DNA of 64,000 nucleotides from Octopus sinensis (lineage: Eukaryota): assembly GCF_006345805.1 (NCBI RefSeq), contig NC_042998.1, positions 124,310,001 through 124,374,000 on the forward strand, written 5' to 3'. Under the pieces are notes generated by a model. That model was not told where the DNA came from and did not search any database. It worked only from the letters and a program-made list of their open reading frames with translations. This document shows, piece by piece, positions 1 through 10,305 of this stretch (positions are counted from its first letter, which is position 1; each line of letters begins with the position of its first letter). Made by a program: the position numbers and the translations under genes.

Positions 1-415
1 CGTTTGAAGCCGATGGAACTGTCCAAGCGTTCCGCAAGACCACGATTATTGACAATCCACACAAAGCAATGAGTGCTGGAAGTGTATCACCAAAGTGTGG
101 CAAGCGAGTCGTGAGGTAGGTATTTCAAAATCGTCTGCTCAATGCATTTTGAAGCGTTGACAATGGAAAAGTTACGTTTCAAGAAGAGACCCTGCTATTA
201 ATGACGATTATCCAGACCGAAGAGTGCAGTATTGCGAGTGGTACATTTTCCAACAGAGATTGTGTGAAGTGATGAGGCCACATTCAAAGTAAATGGTTCA
301 AATAACCGCGACAGTTGCAAATACTGGAGACCTGGGAATCTGCATGCTATGGTGGAAAACCGTGCTTGTTTACCTGGAGCCTTGCATGCGTAGTGGAAAT
401 TCTATCTGGACCCTA
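1..415 (+). mobile_element. Tc1/mariner-superfamily transposase relic (fragment around first catalytic Asp)
   Basis: Manual translation from 268 gives [37 protein letters not shown], typical of the (W/F)SDEAxFxxNG..N.HNCxYW..NPH motif. Flanks are frameshifted and stop-ridden. Confidence 0.7.
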
Positions 416-419
416 CGGT

Positions 420-1015
420 ATTAGGCTATCCGTTCTTTTTCAGCTGCGTAATACATTCCTGATTATTCTAGCCGTGCCAAGGAGGCGAAACTTCTGTAGC
501 AGTTCTACTAGGTACTCTATTCAAATTTCCTTTATATTCTCCTTGATACCTTCTCATACGGTTCCCAAGCACTCAACAATAATTGGCACTATCTTCACCT
601 TCTTCATTTTCTATAGCCGGACTATTTCGTACTTAAGGGGGTTGTATTTATCTTTCCGCCTTCCTTCTTGAATATTCGTGGTTCAAAGGGGCATGCAACA
701 TCAATTATATAGCATTTGTGATGCATCTTGTCCACCACCACTAGCTCCGGTCTGTTATGCTCTTGTACCTGATCTGTTTGGATTGGGAAATCCCAAAGGG
801 TTTTGCTAGTCTCCGACTCCGCCAGTCCCTGCGGTTAGTGCTCATACTACGCCTTGCCTCTTTCTAGCCCACACTTTCCAGTGTATCACGTTCGGCCCCT
901 GATCGTATCGCCACAAGTTATAGTAATTTTCGGTAAGTCTAGGGCATTTGTTCATGATATGGTGAAACGGTTTCATCCACTCTATTGCAAATGTGGCACA
1001 ACGGAAACACTTGCT
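420..1015 (-). mobile_element. R4/Dong-like RLE LINE, 5'-truncated degenerate copy A
   Basis: Minus strand gives zinc-knuckle remnant CFRC..HIMNKCPRL..WRYD..VIHW (ORF 842-1117), then LWDFPIQTD..HNRPELVVVDK..CYIIDVACPF and C-terminal LLGTARIIRNVL. Confidence 0.85.
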
Positions 1016-1018
1016 CCT

Positions 1019-1262
1019 ACTTCTTCTTCTTCTTCTTCTTCTCAACATTTGGATAAACAGTATAAGGAAAATAGAGCAGTGTTGCCCAGTATGGAAAAAA
1101 ACAATATTTCTGGTCAAGTTTACATTAATTTCACTAAATCCACAAGTGACTGTAGATCTTCTTCTTCTTCTTCTTCTTCTTCTTCTCCTTCTTCTTCTTC
1201 TTCTTCTTCTTCTTCTTCTTCTTCTTCTTCTTCTTCTTCTTCTCTTCTTCTTCTTCTTCTTC

Positions 1263-1304
<42 letters not shown>

Positions 1305-1315
1305 TATCATTATCA

Positions 1316-1401
<86 letters not shown>

Positions 1402-1420
1402 GTATTATTATTATTATTCA
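1019..1420. repeat. Compound trinucleotide microsatellites (TCT)n, (ATT)n, (ATC)n
   Basis: Direct reading: TCT run 1019-1041, TCT 1158-1262, ATT/ATC 1263-1420. Confidence 0.97.
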
Positions 1421-1515
1421 GTAGTTTTATTTTTATAGCGTGCTTTCACTTCACTACCGAGCGCAGCTCTGTGTGCCTTGGGTATGTGCTGTGATTTGTT
1501 GTGATGCTCTGATGG

Positions 1516-2331
1516 TTATTGTATGGAAAGTGTTCTGCGTAGGATGTGTGCAGTGCCTAGTAGTGCAATTTTCTGTATGTTATATGTGTTTGTAAGTCCT
1601 GGTGTTTTTGTTATGTATTTGTCTGAATATTTTTTTATCATGCCTAATGCACCTACTATGATAGGAAATGTTTCTGTTTTCAGATTCCACATTCTAGTTA
1701 CCTCTATTTCCAGGTCTTTGTATTTTGAGAGTTTCTCCATTTCTTTTAGAGACACGTTGTCATCTGCCGGTATTGATACATCAATTAGGAAGCATTTTTT
1801 TTCTTCATGATCTCTGACAACTATATCTGGTCTGTTGGCCTTAATTTCTCTATCTGTGTGTATCGGCATATCCCAGAGTATGGTTGCTTTCTCGTTTTCT
1901 GTGACCTTTTCTGGTGTGTGCCTATACCATCTTTTTTCTGTTGTTATTCCATAATGTTGGCATAGCTTCCAATGTATGTAGGTTCCAACTCTGTCATGTC
2001 TGTGAATATATTCCTTCTTAGCCAGGACTGGGCAGCTAGAGATAATATGATTTATTGTTTCTTGTCCATCTCCACATATTCTGCAGTTACTTGTAATATT
2101 TCTTTTCATTACATGTTTTTGGTAATTTATGGTGGGGAGGCTTTGGTCTTGTGCTGCAATTAAAAATCCCTCTGTTCCTGCTTTGAGTCCTGAGCTTCTC
2201 AACCATTGCTGGGATTTTTCTTTGTCTATTTCTTTTGCGTTTAGTTTAGTCCAGTATTTACCATGAAGGGGCTTTTCTTGCCATCGTTTTATCATGGTTC
2301 GTTGCTGTTCTATGTTTAGTTTGGATTTCAT
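1516..2331 (-). CDS. C-terminal part of R4/Dong-like ORF: CCHC zinc knuckle plus restriction-like endonuclease (uninterrupted 271 aa, not a complete gene)
   Basis: CRICGDGQETINHIISSC (CCHC), RHD, RPDIVV..CFLIDVSIP..KYKDL (PD-(D/E)xK), LLGTAHILRR terminus. Confidence 0.92.
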   Translation of the reverse strand: MKSKLNIEQQRTMIKRWQEKPLHGKYWTKLNAKEIDKEKSQQWLRSSGLKAGTEGFLIAAQDQSLPTINYQKHVMKRNITSNCRICGDGQETINHIISSCPVLAKKEYIHRHDRVGTYIHWKLCQHYGITTEKRWYRHTPEKVTENEKATILWDMPIHTDREIKANRPDIVVRDHEEKKCFLIDVSIPADDNVSLKEMEKLSKYKDLEIEVTRMWNLKTETFPIIVGALGMIKKYSDKYITKTPGLTNTYNIQKIALLGTAHILRRTLSIQ

Positions 2332-2352
2332 TTGTTTTATAGCTTTTGTTGT

Positions 2353-2486
2353 TTCTTCTTCTTCTTCTTCTTCTTCTTCTTCTTCTTCTTCTTCTTCTTC
2401 TTCTTCTTCTTCTTCTTCTTCTTCTTCTTCTTCTTCTTCTTCTTCTTCTTCTTCTTCTTCTTCTTCTTCTTCTTCTCTTCTTCTTC
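2353..2486 (-). repeat. (GAA)41 + GA + (GAA)3 tract inside the LINE coding sequence
   Basis: On the plus strand, TTC x41 (2353-2475), TC, then TTC x3. LINE-like coding sequence continues on both sides. Confidence 0.95.
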
Positions 2487-2673
2487 ATGTTTATTAGGTG
2501 GTATGATTTCTTGTTTGTATTTGTCAGCTTCCTTAAATACTGAGAACAGTCTTTTGTTTTGCTCGTGTTTTGCTGCAATCTGGATCAGTTTTCCTTCCTT
2601 CTGAAGTAGATATTTTTGCAGTCCTATGGTGGTTATTTTATAGTAGTTTTCTTTTATTATTATTATTATTATT

Positions 2674-3283
2674 GAGTGAGAGAGCAGTGCATGCCATCAA
2701 AGTGACACTGGGGTAAAATATACGAAGCCCAATATACCCATCATGACTACCCGTCTGATAAAGGTACACCAGGCACATGCATCACAACCATATGTGCGCG
2801 ACATGGTGATCTCATATCAAGATAAACAGCACATGACCTTGCAGGTGGGGCCCAGTTAGAATTTTCTTCAGATTGAGTAGCCCATCCCGCTCAAACGGTC
2901 CCTGAATAAGGGTTGTTTAAGGATGTTGAAAGAACCACCCATGTTTCCAGAGGTGAACTATTCAAACCCCAAAGAATCCCTCTCAACACATGGCTATGAT
3001 GCTCCCCCACTACTTCTGCTCGTGATCAGAGATGCACATATTGTCAGCCACGAAGGGACATGCTCAACTGGTTAAGGTCAAGCAACTGACAAGCAAATCT
3101 GTGGTATTGAGCAGAATATTTGCTGTAGCCCATCTTTTATACCAAGACAAAACAATGTACATGATAACACTTCCAATCAGTTAAGATCAGAAGCCATGAG
3201 AGCCACTGCCTGGTACTGCATCAGGGCATGGTACTGCATCAGGGCATGGTACTGCATCAGGGCATAGTACTGCATCAGGGCAT
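2674..3283 (-). mobile_element. 610-bp non-coding element flanked by (TAA)n; probable non-autonomous retroposon
   Basis: Sharp boundaries against ATT runs on both sides, higher GC than the flanks, no long ORF. Strand is assigned by analogy with the neighbouring LINEs. Confidence 0.6.
3211..3282. repeat. Four tandem copies of 18-mer TGGTACTGCATCAGGGCA
   Basis: Units at 3211, 3229, 3247 and 3265; the last has one substitution. Confidence 0.97.
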
Positions 3284-3313
3284 TTATTATTATTATCATT
3301 ATTATTATTATTG

Positions 3314-6300
3314 TTGTTTTTTTTTTGGTGTTGTACTGGTGGATGTCTAAAAAAAATATGTTTGTTTTAAACCTTGAGATTACATAGAAAGTATTTTGCG
3401 TAGGATATGAGCAGTTCCCATGAGCACTATCTTTTGAATTTCTGCCATTTTGTGGTTTCCTGGTATTTGTGTTAGGTAGACGTGGGCAGTACTTGTTAGA
3501 ACAATCTTTTGGATTCCTCTGAGACACGCTTCTCCTGGGATATTATCTAGATGTTTCTGGCATCCCTTTGTTGTGATACCTAGGGCATCCATACTAACAG
3601 GGTGTTCTCGCTTTAAGATGCTACATGTTTTGTATTTCCATTTCCAGGTCCTTATATTCAATTAATTTGTCAAATTCCTTTACAGATATATTTCTGTTAG
3701 TGGGTACACTTTCATCTATTAGTCTACAAGTATTTTCTTTCATGTTTTTTAATAATTATGTGTGGCTGCTTAACCTGCATCTTTCTGTCAGTGTTGAGTG
3801 GAAAATCCCAGAGTATAGTGACATTTTAACCTTCAACGACTGACTCAGGTTGATGTTCATACTAGTAAGCAGTGTTTACATATTTTTCAATGTAAATACA
3901 GTCCTCCCATATCGCGGCGATTTCTCTGTTTGTTTGTTATCCGCACAAGACATTCCGAGACGAGATGGTTTATCGTCTCATCAAATTTATTGCAGAATTT
4001 TCATTTAGGGTCAGAACCGTTTTGAATAACGCTAGCCTGGTAGTTTCTGGTAAGTAAGCTTTGATCTTGTGCCGCTAATATGAAACCATCAGTTTCTGCT
4101 TTCAGGCCTAAGCTTCTCAGCCACTGATAGGTTGTTGTGTGGTCTACATAAGCATTTCAGCTTCGAAATATATACTGTCCATGCAGAGGCTTCTAACTCC
4201 ACCGCTTCTCAATTTATTTCTTCCCGTTCGATTTTGCTGTCTCTTTTATCTGTTTTGGCTGTTTGGTGGCAAAGGTTTCAGGTTCTTCATTTAATTCAAG
4301 ATTAATGCCAAACCGAAATTCCTTGCGAATTTGCAAGATTCCTGACCATATAATATGATTTTCTTGCCTCTTTTGTGTTTGCATTCAAGCTGCAGTATCC
4401 AATCCTCTGTACTAGATAAGTACTTGTTCATTTCTACTGTGGGTGTCTTATGGTACTTTCTGCCCGCATCATTCCTCTTTCCCCATTGCATCTAGACAGG
4501 TACAGATGATCAACTCCTGCTTTTGGGTGGTGCATGTTCTAAGATATTAATAGTTTTCTTGTCTTCCTGTCCGGGCGTTGGAGCTCTTTACCATTCCAGT
4601 TAATGATGTTGAAACTGTATTGGACTACTGGAAGTGCCAGGGTGTTAATGGCTTCGATGCGATTTTTTGGGTTGAGTTCAGTTTTTAGTATAAGTCTTAC
4701 TCTCCTGTAATACTCCTTTCTTATTTTCTCCTTCATAGTAGCATGTTGTGTACCATCTAATTCGTTTATACCCAAGTATTTATAGCTTTCTTGTGAGTCA
4801 AGCTTCTTGATGGGAGTGTCAGTATCTAATTTAAAGGAGCTGTTTGAGCTTGCCTCTTACAAAAGTTGCTTTAGCACAATTATCAAGGCCAAAATCCCAC
4901 CCAATGTCACTGCCGAAATCTCTAACAGTTGTTAAGAGCCCTATTAGCTCTTCATCATTTCTAGCAAACAGCTTCAGATCGCTTACTATTATATACACTT
5001 TGAAACCATGCCTGGTGTTACTTAGTTCGTTGAAGATTGGGATCAGTGCCTTGAAATAGTGTAATGGGGAGAGGAAGTCACCTTCAACGATGCCTCGTTT
5101 GATGATGTCTGATTGGTTCATCTCATTACTATGATGCAGAATGAGACGTGTATTCCACTTGGCCATGCTACCTTGTAAGAATGTGGAGATGACAGGATAG
5201 ATCGTATATATCTCAGGGGCCTTTAGTAGACAATTATGTGGGACACTATCAAACGCTTTCTTGTCATCTATCCATGCCATACTCAGGTTTTTCTTTTTGC
5301 TCCGGCAATTCTCTAGAATTATTTGCATCCATAAAAATTCCTTTTACAACCATTTTGAGCTTATGGAAAAATAGAGTTCTTTTCAAGTAAAGTGTATATT
5401 CTTTCAGTTAGTATCAATGTGAGGATCTTGTAAGTGGTTTTGAGACATGTTATTGGTCGGTAGTTCTTTAGATTTTTCGTGTCTTCAGTTTTCGCTAATA
5501 GTTACGTTGTTCTTTCGGTCAGCCATGATTTTGCTCTGGATTTTGGATGACATCACTTAAGGATGCAGAAAAAAATGTTTGTGTACTTCTGTCAAACAAC
5601 TCAGCGAGAAGTTAGGGACCCGGTCCAGTCCTAGAATTTTCCATTTGTGAGACTTTTTTAAGAACACATCTTAGTTCTACTCCTATTGCCTCTCATTTCT
5701 CCACTTCAACTTCACCCAGACTGACTTTTTCACATCCTATCCAGTGAGCTTCTGCATTATATTGCTCTATCTCTTCTTCCAGAACTCTTCGATTTCGACA
5801 GTCTTAGGTGGCTCCTTTTCTTCTATCTTGCTTTTGCCAATTTCCCTATAAAATGTTTTTGCATCGGCCTTGAATACCTGGTTTTGTCGATAAAATTTGA
5901 TTCTTTTGTCAAACTGTCTGAGCCGTTGGGTTTTCTCTTGTATTCATTTCACTATTTCCTTGGTTGCCGGGAGATTTACAGAATCTTTGATTTTTATAGT
6001 TTTGCTTGATTTTTTCTAGCTTGTTTCTTCTTAACATTTACTCATATATCAAGTTCATCGAGAACTGGTACATCCGCCTTCAAATATTCGATATTGTTTT
6101 CTATTGCTGCTATTGACATGGCTGGTCCTTTTCTGTATCGTCCTGATACCTAGTTGAACAGTTACAACTTTAGCAGTATAATAGATGAAGTTATTTGGGG
6201 CTGTTAGATCATTTCTTCAGATCTGTCTAAGAGCAATATTATATATCATGATTGTATTGCTATTTTTCATGCTGTTTGAGAGCCTTGGTAGCGGTTCAAT

Positions 6301-6350
6301 ATTTATCATGACAGCTCTATGATTTCTGTATTATTCATTCAGTGTTTGAA
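3314..6350 (-). mobile_element. R4/Dong-like LINE, long degenerate copy C (RT plus RLE)
   Basis: RT motifs AWIDDKKAFDSVPH, RGIVEGDFLSPL, SDLKLFA, FGLDNCA and INTLALPVVQYSF (ORFs 4539-4775, 4831-5328). RLE remnant ILWDFP. Terminus IQKIVLMGTAHILRKILSM. 3' end runs into (AAT)n. Confidence 0.9.
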
Positions 6351-6364
6351 GTTGCTGATGCAGC

Positions 6365-7550
6365 TAAGTACTTATAAAATGGATCCTTGTTTTTGGTCTT
6401 TAACAGTGGCATTGTTGACTCAGACAGAATTTTAGTCTTTTTCTCAAAAATGCTCTGAAAGTTGGGCCTGTGATGAAACTTTTAAGGTGTCTCTTAGTTT
6501 GTGGTGTCAGCTTTTCACACTACATATCATCATTAGAGGGTTATGTGTGACCAACTTTTGCCTTACTTCTTGACAAAAAAGAAGTCTCAAGTCATCATGT
6601 TTCGTTCCTCTGTGCGGGATTTAAGTGTAAATTCCCGACATGTAAACTGTCTCATGAACTTTGAAAAAGCCCTCCACAATTCATGTATTTCTGTATTTCC
6701 GCATTTAGAAAGTTGAGTGTGTTTTTCAACTCGGATAGTCTACTTGGCGGAAGATATGTGCACTTGGTGAGAGTATGAGATACGACACGGATGAAAACCT
6801 TGAGCATAGAATTAAGTGTTTTTGTACTTTAGCACTTTTACCAAATGAAAACACTGTCAATTCATGTGAAGATTTGTCTGGTGGTGAAAGCATCTCTTCT
6901 GAGTTTATCACTTATTTTGAGGATTCGTACGTTGGGACTGTAAGGGAACGCGGTATTCGTCGATGAAGAGAAACGCCACAGTTTTCTGTCCAACTCTGGA
7001 ATATACGCCACCACGTTTTAAATGGCATGCCAAGAGCAAAGAATTCGGTAGAAGGGTTCCACATTGTTTGGCAGTCATCGATAACATCCACACATCCAAA
7101 TTTGTGGAAACTTTGCAATGCCCTTAAAACTAAAGATGGCTTAAGCCACACGTAAATTGTGCACATTCGACATGGAGACTCGACAATAACAAAAATGGCC
7201 TATCAAAAGATTGATGCACGACTAAAGAAGCAAGTTCAGAATTATCAATCTGAAAACATTCTCCTGTTTTTAAGAAATATTGCGCGCAATTTGTCATAAA
7301 AGAATTATCTTCAAATTATTTTTTCATAACTCTACTTTTGATAACCTCAAATATTTTTTTCATAACTTTATTTTAATGTACTCACGATCATTTTTTATGT
7401 AAATATGTGAATTAAATGTGATCTAAACTGTATGCATAGTTTTTATGAACTCGCCATTTTTTTAAATCTTAATGTGGGAATAAAATGTGATCTAAAATGT
7501 ATTAATATTACCTATAATGAAATTTACCGTTGTGGAATTTACCTAGAATC
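6365..7550 (+). mobile_element. Mutator-like (MULE) DNA transposon, 3' part with decayed transposase and terminal region
   Basis: Manual translation across frameshifts gives FLVFNSGIVDSDRILVF, WACDETFKV..QLFTLH, FALL, NFEKAL..VFP, FITYFEDSYVG and LWN..MPRAKNSVEGFH..HPNLWK, with stop at 7297-7299. The end abuts (AT)12. Confidence 0.8.
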
Positions 7551-8105
7551 ATATATATATATATATATATATATGATTCTAGGTAAATTCCACAACGGTA
7601 AATTTCATTATAGGTAATATTAATACATTTTAGATCACATTTTATTCCCACATTAAGATAAAAAAAAATGGCGAGTTCATAAAAACTATGCATACAGTTT
7701 AGATCACATTTAATTCACATATTTACATAAAAAATGATCGTGAGTACATTAAAATAAAGTTATGAAAAAAATATTTGAGGTTATCAAAAGTAGAGTTATG
7801 AAAAAAAAATTTGAAGATAATTCTTTTATGACAAATTGCGCGCAATATTTCTTAAAAACAGGAGAATGTTTTCAGATTGATAATTCTGAACTTGCTTCTT
7901 TAGTCGTGCATCAATCTTTTGATAGGCCATTTTTGTTATTGTCGAGTCTCCATGTCGAATGTGCACAATTTACGTGTGGCTTAAGCCATCTTTAGTTTTA
8001 AGGGCATTGCAAAGTTTCCACAAATTTGGATGTGTGGATGTTATCGATGACTGCCAAACAATGTGGAACCCTTCTACCGAATTCTTTGCTCTTGGCATGC
8101 CATTT
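7020..8105. repeat. Near-perfect palindrome: 531-bp arms (7020-7550 / 7575-8105) around (AT)12
   Basis: Base-by-base comparison found 3 mismatches and no net indel between the arms. Confidence 0.97.
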
Positions 8106-8266
8106 TGTATATATATGTATATATATATATACATACATAGATATGCCATTTTGTATATATATGTATATATATATATACATACATAGATATGCATACTTAC
8201 AAATATATATATATATATATATACACGCACACACACATACACACAGAAGCACACACACACACAAAT

Positions 8267-8298
<32 letters not shown>

Positions 8299-8429
8299 AC
8301 GCATATATATATATATGTAAGCCGTGCTCGGGTATGGTCGCAGTCAAATGTAAAAGTGTAAAAGAGTAAAAGTATATACACACATACATACATACATACA
8401 GACATACATACATACATACATACATACAT

Positions 8430-8897
8430 TAAGCCGAAGATCAGTGAAAAAGAGAACACCTATGCTGAATTATTTAGAAATCTTCAGTTATTCTACCCAG
8501 ATTACTTGTTCAGTTTTATACCTGTAACTATTGGGACAATGGGATACATAACACACTGCCTAAATACCAATCTTCAGAAATTTGGCTTTTCAAAACCAGA
8601 AAGGAGAAAGCTAATTCGAACACTACAGATGCAATCCATCACTGGAACTGTAATAATGTTTAAAACTTTCCTGAAGTTGATCATTTAAATATATATGAGC
8701 ATATCTAGGTATGCAACTATATGCATGAGAATACACACATAAAACATACAAATCTGCACATACATACATACATAAATACATACATACATACACACAAAAA
8801 TATATTGTTGCTGTTGAAATTCCAATGAAGTAGCCTTGGATCTAGGTTAGAAACCGGTTCTTTATCGGCAAGAAATCTTGAAATAAACTGAATAATG
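8430..8897 (+). mobile_element. RLE-type LINE 3' fragment, second lineage, flanked by (CATA)n
   Basis: KISEKENTYAELFRNLQLFYPDY..FIPVTIGTMG..LQMQSITGTVIMFKTF* (includes ORF 8506-8688) plus 3' UTR. CATA runs on both sides. Confidence 0.75.
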
Positions 8898-9080
8898 ATA
8901 TACATACACACATACATACATACATACATACATACATACATACATACATACATACATACATACATACATACATACATACATACATACATACATACATACA
9001 TACATACATACATACATACATACATACATACATACATACATACATACATACATACATACATACATACATACATACATACA

Positions 9081-9114
<34 letters not shown>

Positions 9115-9123
9115 CATATATAC
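8898..9123. repeat. (CATA)n microsatellite
   Basis: Direct reading; source of the YVCM/IHTY ORFs. Confidence 0.98.
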
Positions 9124-9817
9124 ATAGAAAGGTTTAATGAATGAACTCTCCAATTAATCAAAACATCTTTATAACATTCCCATGTTATCACAAATCGAAT
9201 ATAAATATATATTAAGACATCTGGGCACCCAATGGTAAAACCTAATAGTATAACATACAACTTCAGTCTTATTTTTATTCATCGGGTTAACGAAATTACT
9301 TTACGGTTTAGCAAAGTTATGAAATTATTCTTGCATACATACATACATGATGGTTACCAATTCGATTTCTAGTAGAACCATTGCCTGACTTCTTCATGCC
9401 CTAGAATATCATCGAATTTTAATTACCAGAATCATAACCCATAAAGTGGAATAGAACATCATCAATGGTTGCTGTTTGAGACTGCAGGTTTAATTTCGGA
9501 GTATCCTTCTCCTAGATAGCTTGTCATCCAAGACTAAAGAGCTATTATCCGCCCATGGTAGGGGTTTTACATGCACTTACACCGGCACACACATAGACAC
9601 ACATTAACAGCCACAAAGTTAATAATAAGGAATACATACCATCACACATATGAACAAGAAAAAATATATAAATACATAAATACAAAGTACAAATAAAATA
9701 TTAAAATATATACATATATACAAAAATATGCCATGCATATAATACACATAAAATATTCATAAAAATTCATTAAAGAATACACACAAGTATACCCCAACAC
9801 AACTTCTCATAATTTAT

Positions 9818-10011
9818 TGCATGGCCGTTGACTTTTTTCAGTTCTTCCGCCCTTTGACGGGTCTTGTATTTTTTATCCCGCATGGTGTCCAACAGTCATC
9901 CTCCTCGCCAAGAAAGTTTGGTGGAGTTACCGGTTTAGTCGCCGACGACCAGACCATGCAACAGGTTGTACTGGGTTACATGCTACCAGTGGCACATAAG
10001 AGCGAACTGAC
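9818..10011. repeat. GC-richer structured ~190-bp segment abutting CATA repeats, probably a retroelement terminal region
   Basis: Several hairpins are visible, for example ACTGG/CCAGT, GCATGGT/ACCATGC and CTCC..CCAA/TTGG..GGAG. Sharp composition change from the flanks. Confidence 0.45.
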
Positions 10012-10027
10012 ATTCATACATAGATAC

Positions 10028-10305
10028 ATTATTCTATCCAGATTACAAGCCCAGGTTTATACCTGTAATTATTGAGGCCTTGGGATACATAACACGCTGC
10101 CTAAATACCAATCTTCAGAAATTAGGCTTCTCAAAATCAGAAAGGAGACAGCTAATTGGAGGACTACAGATCCAATCCATCACTGGAACTTTAATAATCT
10201 GTAAAACTTTCCAGATGTTTATCATTTAAATATATATGAGCATGTCTAGATATGCAACTATATGCATGAGAATACATAGATAAACATACAAATCTGCACA
10301 TACAT
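10028..10305 (+). mobile_element. Second copy of the (CATA)n-associated RLE LINE 3' end
   Basis: Clearly alignable with 8490-8770, e.g. shared CTGCCTAAATACCAATCTTCAGAAATT and ACATACAAATCTGCACATACATAC. Confidence 0.85.

Larger units (their letters stand above)
1421..2655 (-). mobile_element. R4/Dong-like RLE LINE, 5'-truncated copy B with 3' UTR, flanked by (TAA)n on both sides
   Basis: Contains ORF 1516-2331 and a ~95-bp 3' UTR ending in AATAAT repeats. The 5' end abuts (ATT)n at 2656-2673. Confidence 0.92.

Noticed and set aside
854-2604. ORFs with poly-S, L, F, I, Y, H or R runs
   Set aside because: These are translations of (TCT)n/(ATT)n/(ATC)n microsatellites. The same applies to the many YVCM, IYLS, HT and CV ORFs across the window.
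3211-3228. 18-mer starting TGG as a tRNA primer-binding site
   Set aside because: Its complement matches no cytoplasmic tRNA 3' end I can recall, and there is no LTR upstream.
8820-8870. Hammerhead-like ATGAAG-TAGCCT..AGGTTA-GAAACCGGTT in the LINE 3' UTR
   Set aside because: The core lacks C3 and A9, and there is no adjacent stem I.
9890-9930. HDV-like ribozyme around TCCTCGC
   Set aside because: The flanking P3 strands (TCC / AAG) do not pair and no P1 partner was found.
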